Assembly (NCBI GenBank): GCA_012295275.1
Contig: CM022677.1
Span: 15,190,001 to 15,254,000 of the forward strand
DNA: 64,000 nucleotides
From: Chrysomallon squamiferum
Taxonomy: Eukaryota > Animalia > Mollusca
Direction: 5' to 3'
The notes beneath the pieces were generated by a model. That model worked only from the letters and a program-made list of their open reading frames with translations. It ran no database searches and had not been told where the DNA came from. Shown here piece by piece: positions 1 through 13,448 of this stretch (positions are counted from its first letter, which is position 1; the number at the start of each line of letters is the position of its first letter). Both the position numbers and the translations under genes were made by a program.

Positions 1-302
1 CATTTCCTTGTTATAAAACAATTCAATTAATTAAGTCTGCATGAATCAATATAATTATAGTAAACTAAAAATAGAAATATAACCTTTTTTAAATCCTTTG
101 TTTTGTATTGTAGTGAGATTTAATGATGCAGTTATCAATTTAAATTATTTACTGAAAAATAATCTAAAGAGATAAAAACATGTCTAAAATAAAGATGAAT
201 TTGATTCACATAATTAAAGGTAAAGAAGAATTTTAGATTCAGAAACATCTTCAACACAATTAACATAATCTGTTTTTCTTTATGAACTGATTTCACACAT
301 AC

Positions 303-431
303 CTCAACATCATTCCTTAAGCCATGTAGTTCTTGGTCCATGTTCTTTTTAGCAATGTCCCACGACCTTTCTTGAATCTCTTTTCTCTGCTCTTGAGTCA
401 ATTTGTCCATCTTGAAGGTCAGGAACTTAGT
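303..431 (-). CDS. Coding exon of an unidentified minus-strand gene that continues off the left edge (TKFLTFKMDKLTQEQRKEIQERSWDIAKKNMDQELHGLRNDVE)
   Basis: Acceptor tattttaactag, donor gag|gtatgt, 129 bp, phase 0-0, open. The ORF-track tail beyond 303 is intron read-through. Confidence 0.6.
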
Positions 432-1003
432 CTAGTTAAAATACCAAAAATAAACTGTAATATATAAATTCAATCAAATGCTAATGTAAGAACATTCAAG
501 TCACATTACACTGAAAATAATAAAGTATGTTAATAAAATAATAAGCAGACATTTCATTAGTTTGACATTATTTTGTAAATAGGAAACATAAATTCCCCAA
601 TAGTCTGAGCAAGAGATACATATTCTGTGTATACATGAGTGAGAGTGTGTGTGTGTGTGTTTTTTAATATTTGTATCTATAATATGGCTTTTTAAATAGG
701 AAAAGTAGCTCTTTTCATAAGCTTGTTATTTCATTTTCAGACTAAACTGAGTGAAGATTGTCTAGTATAATAAGTTAAAGATAAATGTGTAAGAAGAAAA
801 ATTATTACTACATTTAATAAACACTAAAAGCATACACCATCTCCAAAACAAAGAACCTACACTAACTGAATAAATAATCATTTTTCACATATGTATTGTT
901 TATCACATTGAAAGATCTCAATGACAAAAATTAATCTAAAATAACAAATAAATCACATCTTTAAGTAAAATTCAAAGTAAATGCAGAATAAAAATGTACT
1001 TAC

Positions 1004-1033
1004 TTTGACTTCTTCATCTGATAAGTTGGTGAA
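1004..1033 (-). CDS. 30-bp micro-exon (FTNLSDEEVK) of the same gene
   Basis: Acceptor ttttatttcag, donor aaa|gtaagt; joins in frame to exon 303-431. Confidence 0.5.
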
Positions 1034-1494
1034 CTGAAATAAAAATACACAGTTGAGACAGCTGTCCTAATGGGAAAATAAATCTGGATATTGCTGATAT
1101 TTCGCTAGTTAAGGAAAATGATGGATGCAACATGAACTGCTGAACTTAAAACATGTTTCCTAACTAATTTAACTAATGTCTGCAATGACTGAAATAAGAA
1201 AACCTCAGCATAATATAAAACATCAGTATAAATAAAATGCGTATACATGCAAAAACTCTACATGATTTAAATAAACATAATTGAAAACTAGGGAAAAAAA
1301 GTTAGAGAGAATGACCAATGAGCCATTTCAACTGAAGGTATAACCAGACTTGCTAATCATAAATCATTGTCAAAAATCCCACAATAAGGACAAGTGTTTA
1401 TTTTTAAGAACTGTTAGTGAATCACAACAGTTTGACAGAACTTGATAGAATGAACTAAAAAATAATTTACAGACACATGATAACTATATCATAA

Positions 1495-3004
1495 CAGATA
1501 CCAATGCTTTTCAGTTCTAATAACAAAAAGTTAATGTCACTCTCCACTAGGTATGTGAATTCAGTCATTTCGATTACTTTTTTGGAACACTTAGAACTGA
1601 TTCTATACATCTAATTTTAGATTTGATTAAAAATATAAGTTAATAATCTGGCTACAACATTAAATTTATCCACAATAGTATTCTTTTAATCCCAAAAGAT
1701 AACGAGAATTTTAATTAATTAATAATAATAAATTGCTAATGTTTTGAATGAGATGATATAATTAATTCATAAAAAAATATATATATCAGATTTGAATCCT
1801 GAACGAAATAATTCAGACAATCGTATGATACTGCAACACTGACAAAGAAACTAATAACTTCTGTGTCATCTCATATATAAAGTTTTGACTGGTAGGAAAC
1901 AGAATTGTAAGGATTTACATCTGCTTCTTCCTGATCAATGGCAATTTATAACATAATTACCACCAAGTTGATGTCTATGCATTTGGAAGGTACATTTTTC
2001 AGGAATATCATGGAATTTTTATAAAACAGAATCAAGAAATGAAGTACAGGTTTTTACAGGTTTGTTTTATTTTAATTATTATTTTTCTTATTGTTGTGGT
2101 GGTGGTGGTTGTTGCTGATGCTATTATTACTATTCATGTTTCTATTACGTATTTTTAAATAATTATTTAAAATTATATTTTTTCATTAAAACAAATAAAA
2201 AATATATAAACTCTACTGATCTGTCTTTTGTCTGACTTACCTGAAAGGTCTTCCAAGCTGGTTAAGAAAATCCTCTGAAATGCTGGACATCACAAGATCG
2301 AAAGTTTGATCTGGTGGTATGATAGGTGTATTTAAACAACTATCTGGTTTGATGTAAAAGTCACTGTGTTCTAATATTTAGCCAGATTTGCCTAAATAAA
2401 CAAATATAGAACAAAAAGTATTAAAAAAATCTGGTATAATTTTCTAATGTGATTAATTAATTTATCATAATTATAATTTTCTGCTATACAAACAAAACTT
2501 CTTAACAAAACTTATATACTTTAACATCCAGTCAACAAAAAACAACAACTGTACAATCCAATGGGCTTATATAAATAAACATATCGATTCATTATTTATT
2601 TTAGTTTTGATAAAATGTCTGTTCAAAACATGTATTGAATTTCTCAGTCATAGATTTAAAAATATTTGTTGGTAAGTGTTTCTTTCACTATACTGAAATA
2701 GAAATAATCAAACTTCATAATTTTTTCAACATCCTACTAGGAATCATCCAAATAGAAAAATTCATATATATAGTTGACCAGATTCATATTTCAGTTTATA
2801 AAGGAAAACATGTATTGGAAGTTAGATTTAAAAATATTCTTCAGAAACTAACTCATAATTTTTTTAACATCCCAGTCATCCAAACAGAACTTTGGTAGCA
2901 TTTGGTGACTGGCCATTACAAGCCCTGCATATGTACTTAAACACATTACTATTATTACCATTATTTATTATTATAAGACATATCCAGACCACTTACTTCA
3001 GAAC
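1495..3004. repeat. Dispersed duplication: inverted copy of about 38354-40075
   Basis: 1861-2050 is the reverse complement of about 39250-39455; 1500-1660 of about 39910-40075; gttctgaagtaagtggtct donor region shared. Confidence 0.9.
2241..2391 (-). other. Spliced exon candidate, degenerate coding or 5' UTR (..DSCLNTPIIPPDQTFDLVMSSISEDFLNQLGRPF)
   Basis: Acceptor tttatttag and donor cag|gtaagt; stops in all three frames near the 5' end; paralogue at about 38880-39048 (+). Confidence 0.45.
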
Positions 3005-3252
3005 AAGTAGTAGTAGTAATAATAATAAGATAACAAAGGAGGAAGTACAATAAAACAAAACAAAATGTAAATAAATATATTAAAATTAACAATTACTAAA
3101 TTTCAAGAAAAGAACTGAAAACAGTATTTTATCATCTAAACAAGTAAAGCACTTCTACCTTGCTTGCATCCTTCTTTTTTAATTCTTCCAGACTTGTTTT
3201 TAAGAACAAAACAAACTAGAAGTGTCAAAAATATCATTACACACAGACACAT

Positions 3253-3255
<3 letters not shown>

Positions 3256-3335
<80 letters not shown>

Positions 3336-3370
3336 CATATACAACACACACACACACTCACACACACACA
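3256..3370. repeat. (CT)n plus (CA)n microsatellite
   Basis: Seen directly. Confidence 0.95.
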
Positions 3371-4849
3371 TCTATACCTCTCTTTGTGTTAGAGTCTATA
3401 TCACTACATACAAATCTATTTTTCTGTATTTCTGAACATTTATAAAACAAGTACACTCTCAATATTTAGCCATACTTCCCTGACACACAGTCATAGGTAC
3501 CTGCAGTCTCTTATACATATACATGTGGTTACTACCAACTCACTAATCTATCTATATATATATATATATATATATATGTAAATCTATGTACCTATGTACA
3601 TACTAATCTTATCTACCTACTGATCTGCCTACATATCTACTTATCGATCAATGGTTTATCTATTTGTTCTGTCTATTTGTCTTTTACATTAAATCTCCCT
3701 ATCTATATACTGTATATATGTCCATCTATAAACACTCTTATATATATGCACATCCCCTCTGACTGGCCCTCAAAAATACACAATGCAACATTAAATTAAC
3801 AGCCACTCCTCATAAACACACAAGCACATTCCCCTTCACATTCATACAAACATTTCTGTAACACAACAATGTACTCAACTTACATACCTATATGCCAACA
3901 CCAGTTTCCATATTGCCATATATATTTTTTTTGATCTTTCTGTTCACATTCTGATCCATCAATAAGCATCCATAAATCATCTGTCCATCTCTGCAGCTAC
4001 CTCCCTGCATAACTACCTTACAACTTCTGTATGTCTGTCCATTTATAACACAAGCACACTCTCATTCAGACGTTCTAGCACATCTAATACCTGTACCTGC
4101 ACTTCCATATACATGTAGTTACCCATCTTCCTATCCATCACTCTCTATCTCTCTTTGTATCTATCCATCAACCTGCTGAGTTACCTGCTCTACACACAAA
4201 CCTATCTACCTACCTATCTGTTTCTTCTATCTTATCTATTTTTCTTTTATCTTGTCCATTCATGCATGTACCAACACATAACCATCCACCAATCATCTAC
4301 ACAACTCCCTAACTACCTACATATCTAACTATGTCTACATACCTACATTACAACCTGTCTTTCTGTTAGTCTGTCTACAAACACACTGTATCTGCATAAC
4401 TTTATATATTTTCTTTTCACTTTCCAGTTATTATCATTGTGTATCTTCCTGTCTATTAATATAGCTATGGTCTGTCTTCTCTCTTATTATTCTGTGCTTT
4501 TTATAAAGTTAAAATTGAGATTTAATGTGCTGGTTTATCAGCTTTCCAAAAACTTAAATAAGGAAAAATTAATAACTCATTAAAAATAAAAATGTTTAGT
4601 AAGTGTCACATTAGTTATGGACTGTGAAGAATGTACATTTTACTCAGTTTACTTTTGCACTGTTGATTATAAAATTATTATACTCTTATTAAACCTTTAA
4701 ATTTTTAGAATAAGTTTTTATTTTTTATTGTGAATGAAACTGGTTTGGAAAAATCAATATTTATATATTTTCCATTGTTAATAATGAAAAATGCATAGAT
4801 TGAATAAATTTTCATAATGATTCTTATTTATTTATTTAAAATTTTCTGA

Positions 4850-4893
<44 letters not shown>

Positions 4894-5539
4894 TATAAAT
4901 AAATAAATAAAATAAAATAACATTCAAAAAAGTTTGTTTAGTTTAAATTTCTGTTCTTTAAGAAAATGAGAACTGATATAAACACTATAATCTTAGAGGT
5001 CCTTAGTTCCGAATGGTGAGCGTTCCCAATCTTTTTTTTTTTTTGTATGATGCCTACCTTGATGTCATTAACACTATTAATAAGTGAATATTTCTTATCA
5101 GCAAATTCAAAATTATCTGTTGTCGTTCAATGGTAAACGAAGATAAAAAAATTTTTCTAGCAGACGCGAAGTGACGTGCGTCTCGGAAATGAGTCTCGAT
5201 TACGATATTAGTTTCAAATCATCCTAAAGAAAAAAGACTACCGTGTATCAAACATTTCGGAGGCGAACACAAAATAAAAACCTTTTTCATTTTATACTCT
5301 TTAATACCTGTTAAATCTCGTTAAAACATTAATCTCTTATTTCTTGATATCATTGGGCATATCTAATTATCACAAGATTGTCGTTTAACTAACAGAAAAC
5401 GACATTGATTTCTCCTGTATTTCTCCTGTATTTCTAGCATATTTATTTTAAAAAAGTCTTCTGCTACCATTACAGCTGTTTATATGATAAAATTAATGTT
5501 CAGGTAAAGAAAAAAATATATATAAATACATTAGCTTAC

Positions 5540-5635
5540 TTTATCACATTCGGACAACGTTTTCAGCCGATATCTTGAGATAACAAAACGGCAATTATCT
5601 TTGATTTACAAGCAGCTGAGCCAAAAATGACGTGA
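5540..5635 (-). promoter_or_regulatory. Candidate non-coding first exon and promoter of the minus-strand gene
   Basis: Donor aaa|gtaagc ending at 5540, local CpG enrichment, CRE-like TGACGTGA at about 5628. Confidence 0.3.
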
Positions 5636-6097
5636 TATTTTTTATTAAGAATTTTGTGCAGAGGTCTGATGATGCCCGGGGTCAACTCCTTGGTGGTATG
5701 CCTCAAGGATAAGACTCAAGGATAAGGCCTAGTACCCAAAAATATTTTGAGAAAGGAAGATATTTTGAATATGTAAAAACAATTTTATTAACTTATTTTC
5801 TCCCCATTTCGATGCCCGGGGCCACATCCGCTCGAGAAAGAGAGAGAGAGAGATTAATGTGGTTTTCTGTTACTTGTTAGAGAGAGATTAATGTGGTTTT
5901 CTGTTACTTATTAATGTGATAATTACAAGCATAATATCTAGTACTACAGAGACGCTATGAGATCAATATTATCTTATTTAGAGATTTTAAAAGAAAAGGT
6001 GTTTTTACAGGAAATGATCTTGCTTAGTAGCAGATAGAAAATATTTCATAAAGAAATATTTTCACTTATCTTTATGAAAATAAAATTATGATTTAGC

Positions 6098-6505
6098 ATT
6101 TAAAAGACGTTTCTTTTGATGCTGACCAATAAGTTTACACTTCTGACTGATACTTTTTTTTATAGATCTATATTTTTGATTAAAGATTTTTTTATTAAGC
6201 CCTGTTATAATAAGAGAGAGACGATATTTAATTATAATAATTTCATTTCTGACACATAATTTAAAAAAGGAGAGAACAGTACTTGCTAAATGATTATTCT
6301 GTTAAAATGTTTTTAATTGTATCTAGAGGAAAGATGGCCTAGACATGATTCTGAATCTAACTGATGTTTAGTTAGTATTCTGTAAATCACATGGGAAATG
6401 TATGGAGAGTATCAGAGATCCTGGGATATCTCTACTATTACATAAAAAAGTATCAGTCTGTAGTGCAAACTTATTGGTCAGCTTCAAACGAAACGTCTTT
6501 TAAAT
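6098..6505. mobile_element. MITE-like element with about 65-bp imperfect terminal inverted repeats
   Basis: atttaaaagacgtttcttttgatgctgaccaataagttt... (6098-6163) is the reverse complement of 6441-6505. An older partial relative lies at about 40450-40760. Confidence 0.7.
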
Positions 6506-7386
6506 CATATTTCTAAGTGAGCAGCTGCTGATTGTGGTTCCTTCAGTCTTTCGTCTAAAATGTTTAATAATTAATTATTTTACTAATGTTTGCTGTTACA
6601 GTTTCTTTAATGTAGGTAATATAGCATGTACATGGGAGAGAAATATATTGATTGTCTTATTTTTATCAAATTTACAGATTAATTAATATTTGAGAAACAA
6701 AATAAAAGTTGACAAAACTAATATTTATGTTATTTTATAAGATGATTACATTATTTAGCATAAATTTACTATTAATGGAATGACATATGCCCTTTGTGAC
6801 AAAATAACAAATGACCTTTCTCTCTCAAGATGTTTGTTTTTCTTTTTGTTTTATTTAATTTCATATTATTTAATAACAATTAAAATATCTCATTTTTTAA
6901 ACTATTTGGGATCATTAGCCTTTCTTGACATAAAATATGTAGTAATATAAAAGTAATATTTACTTTAACTATACATTTTTTCTCTCAGAAATTACAGGAA
7001 AAGGGGACGATTTTGAAATGAATATAAAATATAGAATTATTTCCGCTGATTCTAAAGTTTGCCGTATAAACTGCGCTGCTGGATAAGCTTAATGTTTCTT
7101 TTCTCTTTTTTTAATTGTTTCTTTTTATTATTATATATATATTTGGTATTTTTTCTTTCTAATACGTGGCAAAGTTTATGCGAATAAAAATATGACTGTT
7201 AAAAACTAACGTGTTATTTTTTTTATCTGTTCTATGTTATGCAATTTTAATCACTGAGATATTGACAATTCACATTTTAGATTAATTATCAGTATAATTA
7301 GTATAATCACCATTTCCTGTAAAACAACTTTTCTTTCAAAATCTCTAAATAAGAGTATATTACTTTCACAGTGTGTCTGTAGTTCT

Positions 7387-7387
<1 letters not shown>

Positions 7388-7439
<52 letters not shown>
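7388..7439. repeat. (TA)n microsatellite
   Basis: Seen directly. Confidence 0.95.
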
Positions 7440-7440
<1 letters not shown>

Positions 7441-8095
7441 TTTTTTCTTCTTTTTTCAAGAAATACAGAGGAGGTTTTTAAATAAAGGTTTTTAAATACA
7501 GTAACCAATATTATACCGGTTAATTAATTTGGATGAGCGTAGTTTTCTGAAGATTTAGAGATTTTGCAGTTGAGAGGTGAGAGGCTAGATTAAGATGAAT
7601 TAACTTCACCATGTTATTGATATTTGCAAGTGCATCTTTCTTGAAACGTCTAGAATATAGAGAAACATTAATAGACGTTTTTATTATTAAAAGTAAAGTA
7701 AAGAGGATGCGCGAGATGAATCTTGTTTATTGTAACACAAGTTCTGTAAATATACAGCGCTTTTACAGATTAATTCTTAATTAACTGTAGAAAGTGATAT
7801 TCTGTTGTCTCCGCTAAAAATTAAATTGATAATTAGACAATTAATATTCACTAGATAAAATCTAGAGAGCTATATATTAATGTAAAATATTACGGTTCTT
7901 TCGCTGAATTGAAATGTATTAGTATGAACAGGTCTGGTCGAAGCGAATAAAGTATAAATATTGTCGTTCAGTTCCATTATATGTGGTAAACAGCGTTCAT
8001 CATAATAACAAGAACATTTCAGTTGCCGTTTACTGGGACAAATAAATAAATAAATGTATTATTATTAATATTAATATCTAAGATCCTTCAGTATT

Positions 8096-8224
8096 TTAGG
8101 CATACACAGAACCTCTCCCAGTGAGATAAAATATCGCTGCTTTATTATCAATGTTTTCTGCAGTGTTTATCATTTCTTTTACTGAAGTTTTAATTACAGC
8201 GACACCTGCACTTATCACTGTAAT
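8096..8224 (-). pseudogene. Probable exon following the CUB exon (DYSDKCRCRCN*), apparently disrupted
   Basis: Acceptor ctatctctcag; phase 1 matches the CUB exon donor; stop at 8190-8192 followed by coding-like sequence in shifted frames. Confidence 0.4.
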
Positions 8225-8765
8225 CTGAGAGATAGATAGGTAGGTTGATAGACAGACAGATAGACGGAGAGTGAGACAGACAGACATACAGACACACACA
8301 AAAACCCAAAACTGAACTGAATAATTAAAATGACCAATAAAAGAAAAGTTGTGAAAAGCGAGTTTAATGTGATATTTTATAATAATGAATGTTCAAAACA
8401 TTTCTTACAAGTTAATTTGCATATGGAATGTAAAAGTCTATCTATCTCTATGTCCAACAATGTATCTATCTGTCTATTATTTAACTATATACATAAACAC
8501 CGTCTCTCATTGATATAAACTTTCGTATATAACTATCCTCTATAAATACATATACCAAACTATTTCTTTTCTATGTGTGTGTCTGTGTATGTGTATGTGT
8601 CTATCTCTCTATCTGTTTATTTGTTGATAATTGTTTCTTTCTTTATAATGACGACTGTATACTGACATAACGATATTAACGATACAAACAACAACACTAA
8701 TTGAAATACTAATTAAAATAATTGGTCCTAATCATAATACAAATCAAACTCAAAACTTCAATAAA

Positions 8766-9436
8766 CTAAACTCCTTGACAAATGTTACACAAGAATACAA
8801 TATCTTTAAAATCTGCACCAGCTGGGATTTCAAGATTTGCGCAGGAATCAAGACAATACCAATTTGGGCACCCATCATATCCTATGAACTCGTCAGAATT
8901 CATTCCATCATCAGTTCTGCCACTGAGTTCACATTTTTCTTGTGTATCTACTACATCTCTGTCTTCTAGTTCAGGCTCATCACCATCAACGTTTTCTTTG
9001 ACTGCATCCACCGGTTCATCTGTGCCATTCAAATTGAACTGCCGTTTTGACTTTGGTATCTTCTATATTTTTTTGTTGTAATTTTGCCTCTAAAATATTT
9101 GCTTTTTTTGCCTTTTCTTCCTCATTCTTCTTCTCTGCCAACTCTTCTTCATACCTCTTGATACTTTCTTCTTCTGTCAATGCCTCGGCATACCTCATCC
9201 TTTTGATTTTATTGCCCCAAGTGGTGGAGTAAAATAAAAAGCATATTTCTTGCCTAATTAATCAAGTTTCTTCTGCTGAACTTAAAAACCGATTATATGT
9301 TTACCTGTTACAATTTATCACTAACCTTATGTCTATAGGACTAAAAAATAACACTCACTTTTGAAACCTCAAAATGCAGTATAGCGACTTCAAGTCATAA
9401 TATACCTCGGAGGCCAGAATTGCCCCAACTTACTAC
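8766..9436 (-). mobile_element. Internally deleted pogo-like DNA transposon remnant: one terminus plus transposase C-terminus with a degenerate PHD finger
   Basis: RYAEALTEEE followed by a K/E-rich helix, an acidic linker, then C..(S)..D..FIGYDGCPNWYCLDSC..FLCNIC*. Terminus on the minus strand is TA|gtagtaagttggggcaa at 9436. Second TIR not found. Confidence 0.6.
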
Positions 9437-9612
9437 TAGTTTTAAATAAAATAATTTTAGTGAATTTAATAAATTCAGTGAATGATCTATATTCAAGCGA
9501 CTTGAATTCTTTTTATTATTATTATTATTTTTTTTTTTTATTTTACTCAACACTCAGTCTAGGTAAATAATTAAAATAATGAATAAATTAAAAAATTTAT
9601 AAATAAATTCAC

Positions 9613-9759
9613 CTGCTATCTGGACAGCCTGATACATTATTTTGAAACTATTTTTACTGGTGGAGCTATCTGAGAAAAATCTCAAAAACGTGTGTTGTTG
9701 GGTGCTCTGAAACTGTGGAGTGGAAGTACCACAGAATGACCCAAGCTTGACTGCAGATG
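9613..9759 (-). CDS. Exon encoding the C-terminal half of a CUB domain (SAVKLGSFCGTSTPQFQSTQQHTFLRFFSDSSTSKNSFKIMYQAVQIA)
   Basis: Acceptor tttgtttttcag, donor cag|gtgaat, 147 bp, phase 1-1, open. Matches the CUB pattern LGxFCG..P....S......F.SD.S....(G)F...Y. Not in the ORF track. Confidence 0.8.
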
Positions 9760-9904
9760 CTGAAAAACAAATACTTAATGACAGTGAGTAAGTAAGTCAG
9801 ACAGAGAAAAATGACTTTGCTAATTGACTTTAGAAAGAGAGAGAGATGTAATGAGAAAATAAGTCAAAGAGAGCGAGGGATAAACAGAAAATGACTGTGT
9901 ATGT

Positions 9905-10022
<118 letters not shown>

Positions 10023-10243
10023 TTTTTTTTCAGAATGTAAATGGGTGGGGTGAAGCAGGGGGACAACTACTTTTTAGTTTCAGTTATTGTCTGATTTCTG
10101 TATTCAGAATTGTGTAACTCTGTGAAAATGAGGTGACTACGAGTGTGAAGAAAAAAAAAACAATGAAAATAAAATCATTCAGCTCATAGCATCTGCTACT
10201 TTTTTGCCAGGGGAAGGAGCGCTCACCCATTTTTATCTATCCG

Positions 10244-10813
10244 CCCCCTGCCCTAGTCCCGTCAGACAGCTTGTGAAGTACAGAACCAAGTTGAAATTTT
10301 AAAGTTTCTTGTCAGCATGTTCTCTGTGTGAGATCGTAGGATCGAATCACAGCATTTTCTGGAGGTTCCATTTATCCTGTTACTGATAATTAACATCTCA
10401 CGCAAGGAACATAACTCTAATCTAATCTTGTGAACACCTATCACTAAAGGCAGATAAGTCTAATTGATATAATCCTCGCACTTCCTGTTACACGTCAGGG
10501 TTTATGTCACGTTCTTATATATAAAGAAAATGATTTTTCCACAATCTTGGTGCGAAGGACACACCCACTGACCTGTCAGAAAGCGTGCCTCTCGTAGACG
10601 TGTTTCACAACATCTTGCTCTGATTAGCACGTGAATTTTTTTCATTCATTTCATTCATTCTACAATCTTTCATAGATGAATCTGGGATCGGAAAGTACTG
10701 TTGTTTAACCGCCAAAAATTCCGAGATTCGATCACAGAATGCTGACAAGAAACTTTAAACTTTCAACTTGGCTCTTCACAAGCTGTCTGAGGGCGGGGGA
10801 CTAGGGCAGGGGG
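10244..10813. mobile_element. Non-autonomous foldback/MITE-like element with about 100-bp inverted repeats ending in ccccctgccctagtccc
   Basis: 10244-10348 is the reverse complement of about 10725-10813. Relatives at 29305-30355, 30830-30992 and 46377-47330. Confidence 0.7.
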
Positions 10814-11879
10814 TCATGTGTACACCTCACCCAACAGCCCAGACCCAAATTTGAATTATACTTAATATTTAATTCAGTACAATTATTCATTTTTATTTCT
10901 TAAACTTTTTTTTTATTCTTCTGTTACAGTCTTCTATTATGTGAATAGTTTTTTTATTAAAATTATTTTTTGTTATCTTCGTTGAATAATTAAACAGCAT
11001 ATCCCATACACGACAAACAAATATAATTGTTTTCATAATTTCTTTAGCACTTAACTAAACAAATTAAATGAAACAGATGTCCAAATTTGAAAATATATCA
11101 TTTTTTTATTTTTATTTTCCTTTTTCAAAATCTGTTGTTGTTAATGTTGCTATCGATTATCATCGTTATATTTATTCCTATTATTAATTGGACAAAAGAG
11201 TTATTTCCCTTAGACGACCTAGTCTATGAAACTGCTAATCATCATCATTATTATTATTATTATTATTAGTAGTAGTAGTAGTAGTAGTAGTATCTTTATT
11301 TATTTCATGTTTCTTTATTAAAAACTTAATATTTCTTCATTCATGCTATTCAGAGTAAAATTAGATCAATAATTAAACTTTGTTACGAAATTCCGTTTTG
11401 ATACGTGAACATGTCTATTGTTATTTATTATGATTAGAGAAAGAGAGATTTGGGTTTCACTATGACTGTAAGTATGTATGTTTTTATAAAAATTTCATTT
11501 CACTGTAAAAATGTAGTATAAAAATTTCAAATACACATAAATACTGTTTTTCACTCTTTTCATACCGATACGTTATTTAAATTTCACAAATATAATGATT
11601 TCTCGAGTGTGGTATGTAACATCAGTTCAACTGTTTAAAAGTTTAAGTTTGAGTGTGTGTGCGTGTGTCTGTGTTTCATATATCTTTAATTTTTGTTTGT
11701 TTTCATTTTTATTGTTGATATTATTGCTAACATTGTTATTATTGCTATGGTAGTACATAACTATTACTATTTTTATAATTGTTGTTATTGTTAATATTGC
11801 TGTTATAGCTGTTGCTTTTGTTGTTGGTTCAGTGCTTTAGGTAAAATAGTTAATTTTGTGTGGAGGAAGAAAGTGAGTT

Positions 11880-12384
<505 letters not shown>

Positions 12385-13116
12385 ACAGAAATAATCAAGG
12401 TGTCGTTGGAAGGTTATTTGGTTAATTTAAAGTTTTTCAAAACAGTAGTTGAATCAGGGCCGTGGTCTCCTTGCAGCATCCTCCCTCTGTTGTATTACTG
12501 GCGCCCTGTTAACCGAGCTTCATCGATTTGCAATGCTCTTCGCCAGTTCTTACCATTTCTCCACGATTGTTAACGAAAACAATTTGGGAACAAGATGTCA
12601 CAACACATGTTGAACCAATCACATATTGATTCGTTACCTCCACCAGTCAACTCTTGCGTGTTATCATAAGATACATGTTCAATAAAATGAAATAAAAGTT
12701 GAAATAAAAGTCGTCACCAGATCGTGGTTTCTGCCGAAGACGTCTTAAATCCTGGCCACTGGAACCGATTCACTCCCGAGTCAGAAAGCGGCCGATCAAG
12801 TCGATTCTCCGCAACCAGAATCTCCTGAATTCTGTTCGAAAGTTCTGCTTTGGGAGAAAAATGATTATTCTTTTTATAAGATATGGACTGAATCTCAGAA
12901 TTACTATTTAATCTGGGCTGAAATGACATGGAAGCCGGTTACGTATTCATTGCCTGATTGTGCCGCTTTGCCTAATAAAATCATCAAAGTTATTTAGGCA
13001 CATAACTTCTCGACTAATGTTAGTTACAGACTGTATGTATGAGGCCTTCAGCACTAAATCGGGGGAGGTTTTGAGCAGTTTATTTCTCACGCCGGAAAAA
13101 GATAAATATCTCTTTT

Positions 13117-13150
<34 letters not shown>

Positions 13151-13414
13151 ATTTGTGACGATGCCTTGGAAATAATGTAGCAGATGATGGAATAAATGTG
13201 TTGAATTAGTGTTAGTGGGGAGAATACGTTTAGAAAAATATGTGGGTTCTGAACTTGCTAAAAGAAAAATGATGAACCCCTAAACATTTTAATTTCAGGT
13301 TTTCTAATTTATTCCTTTTAAATGTTAATTAATTTTGATATATAACCTGCCACAGAAAATATTGTTAAAAATTCAGTTATTTATTTTTGTAATCATATCT
13401 CTTACCAGCATGTA

Positions 13415-13448
<34 letters not shown>

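Noticed and set aside
5152-5190. Helitron-like 3' hairpin agacgc..gcgtct next to CTAG
   Set aside because: Only a 6-bp stem, no T after CTAG, and no 5' end or second copy seen.
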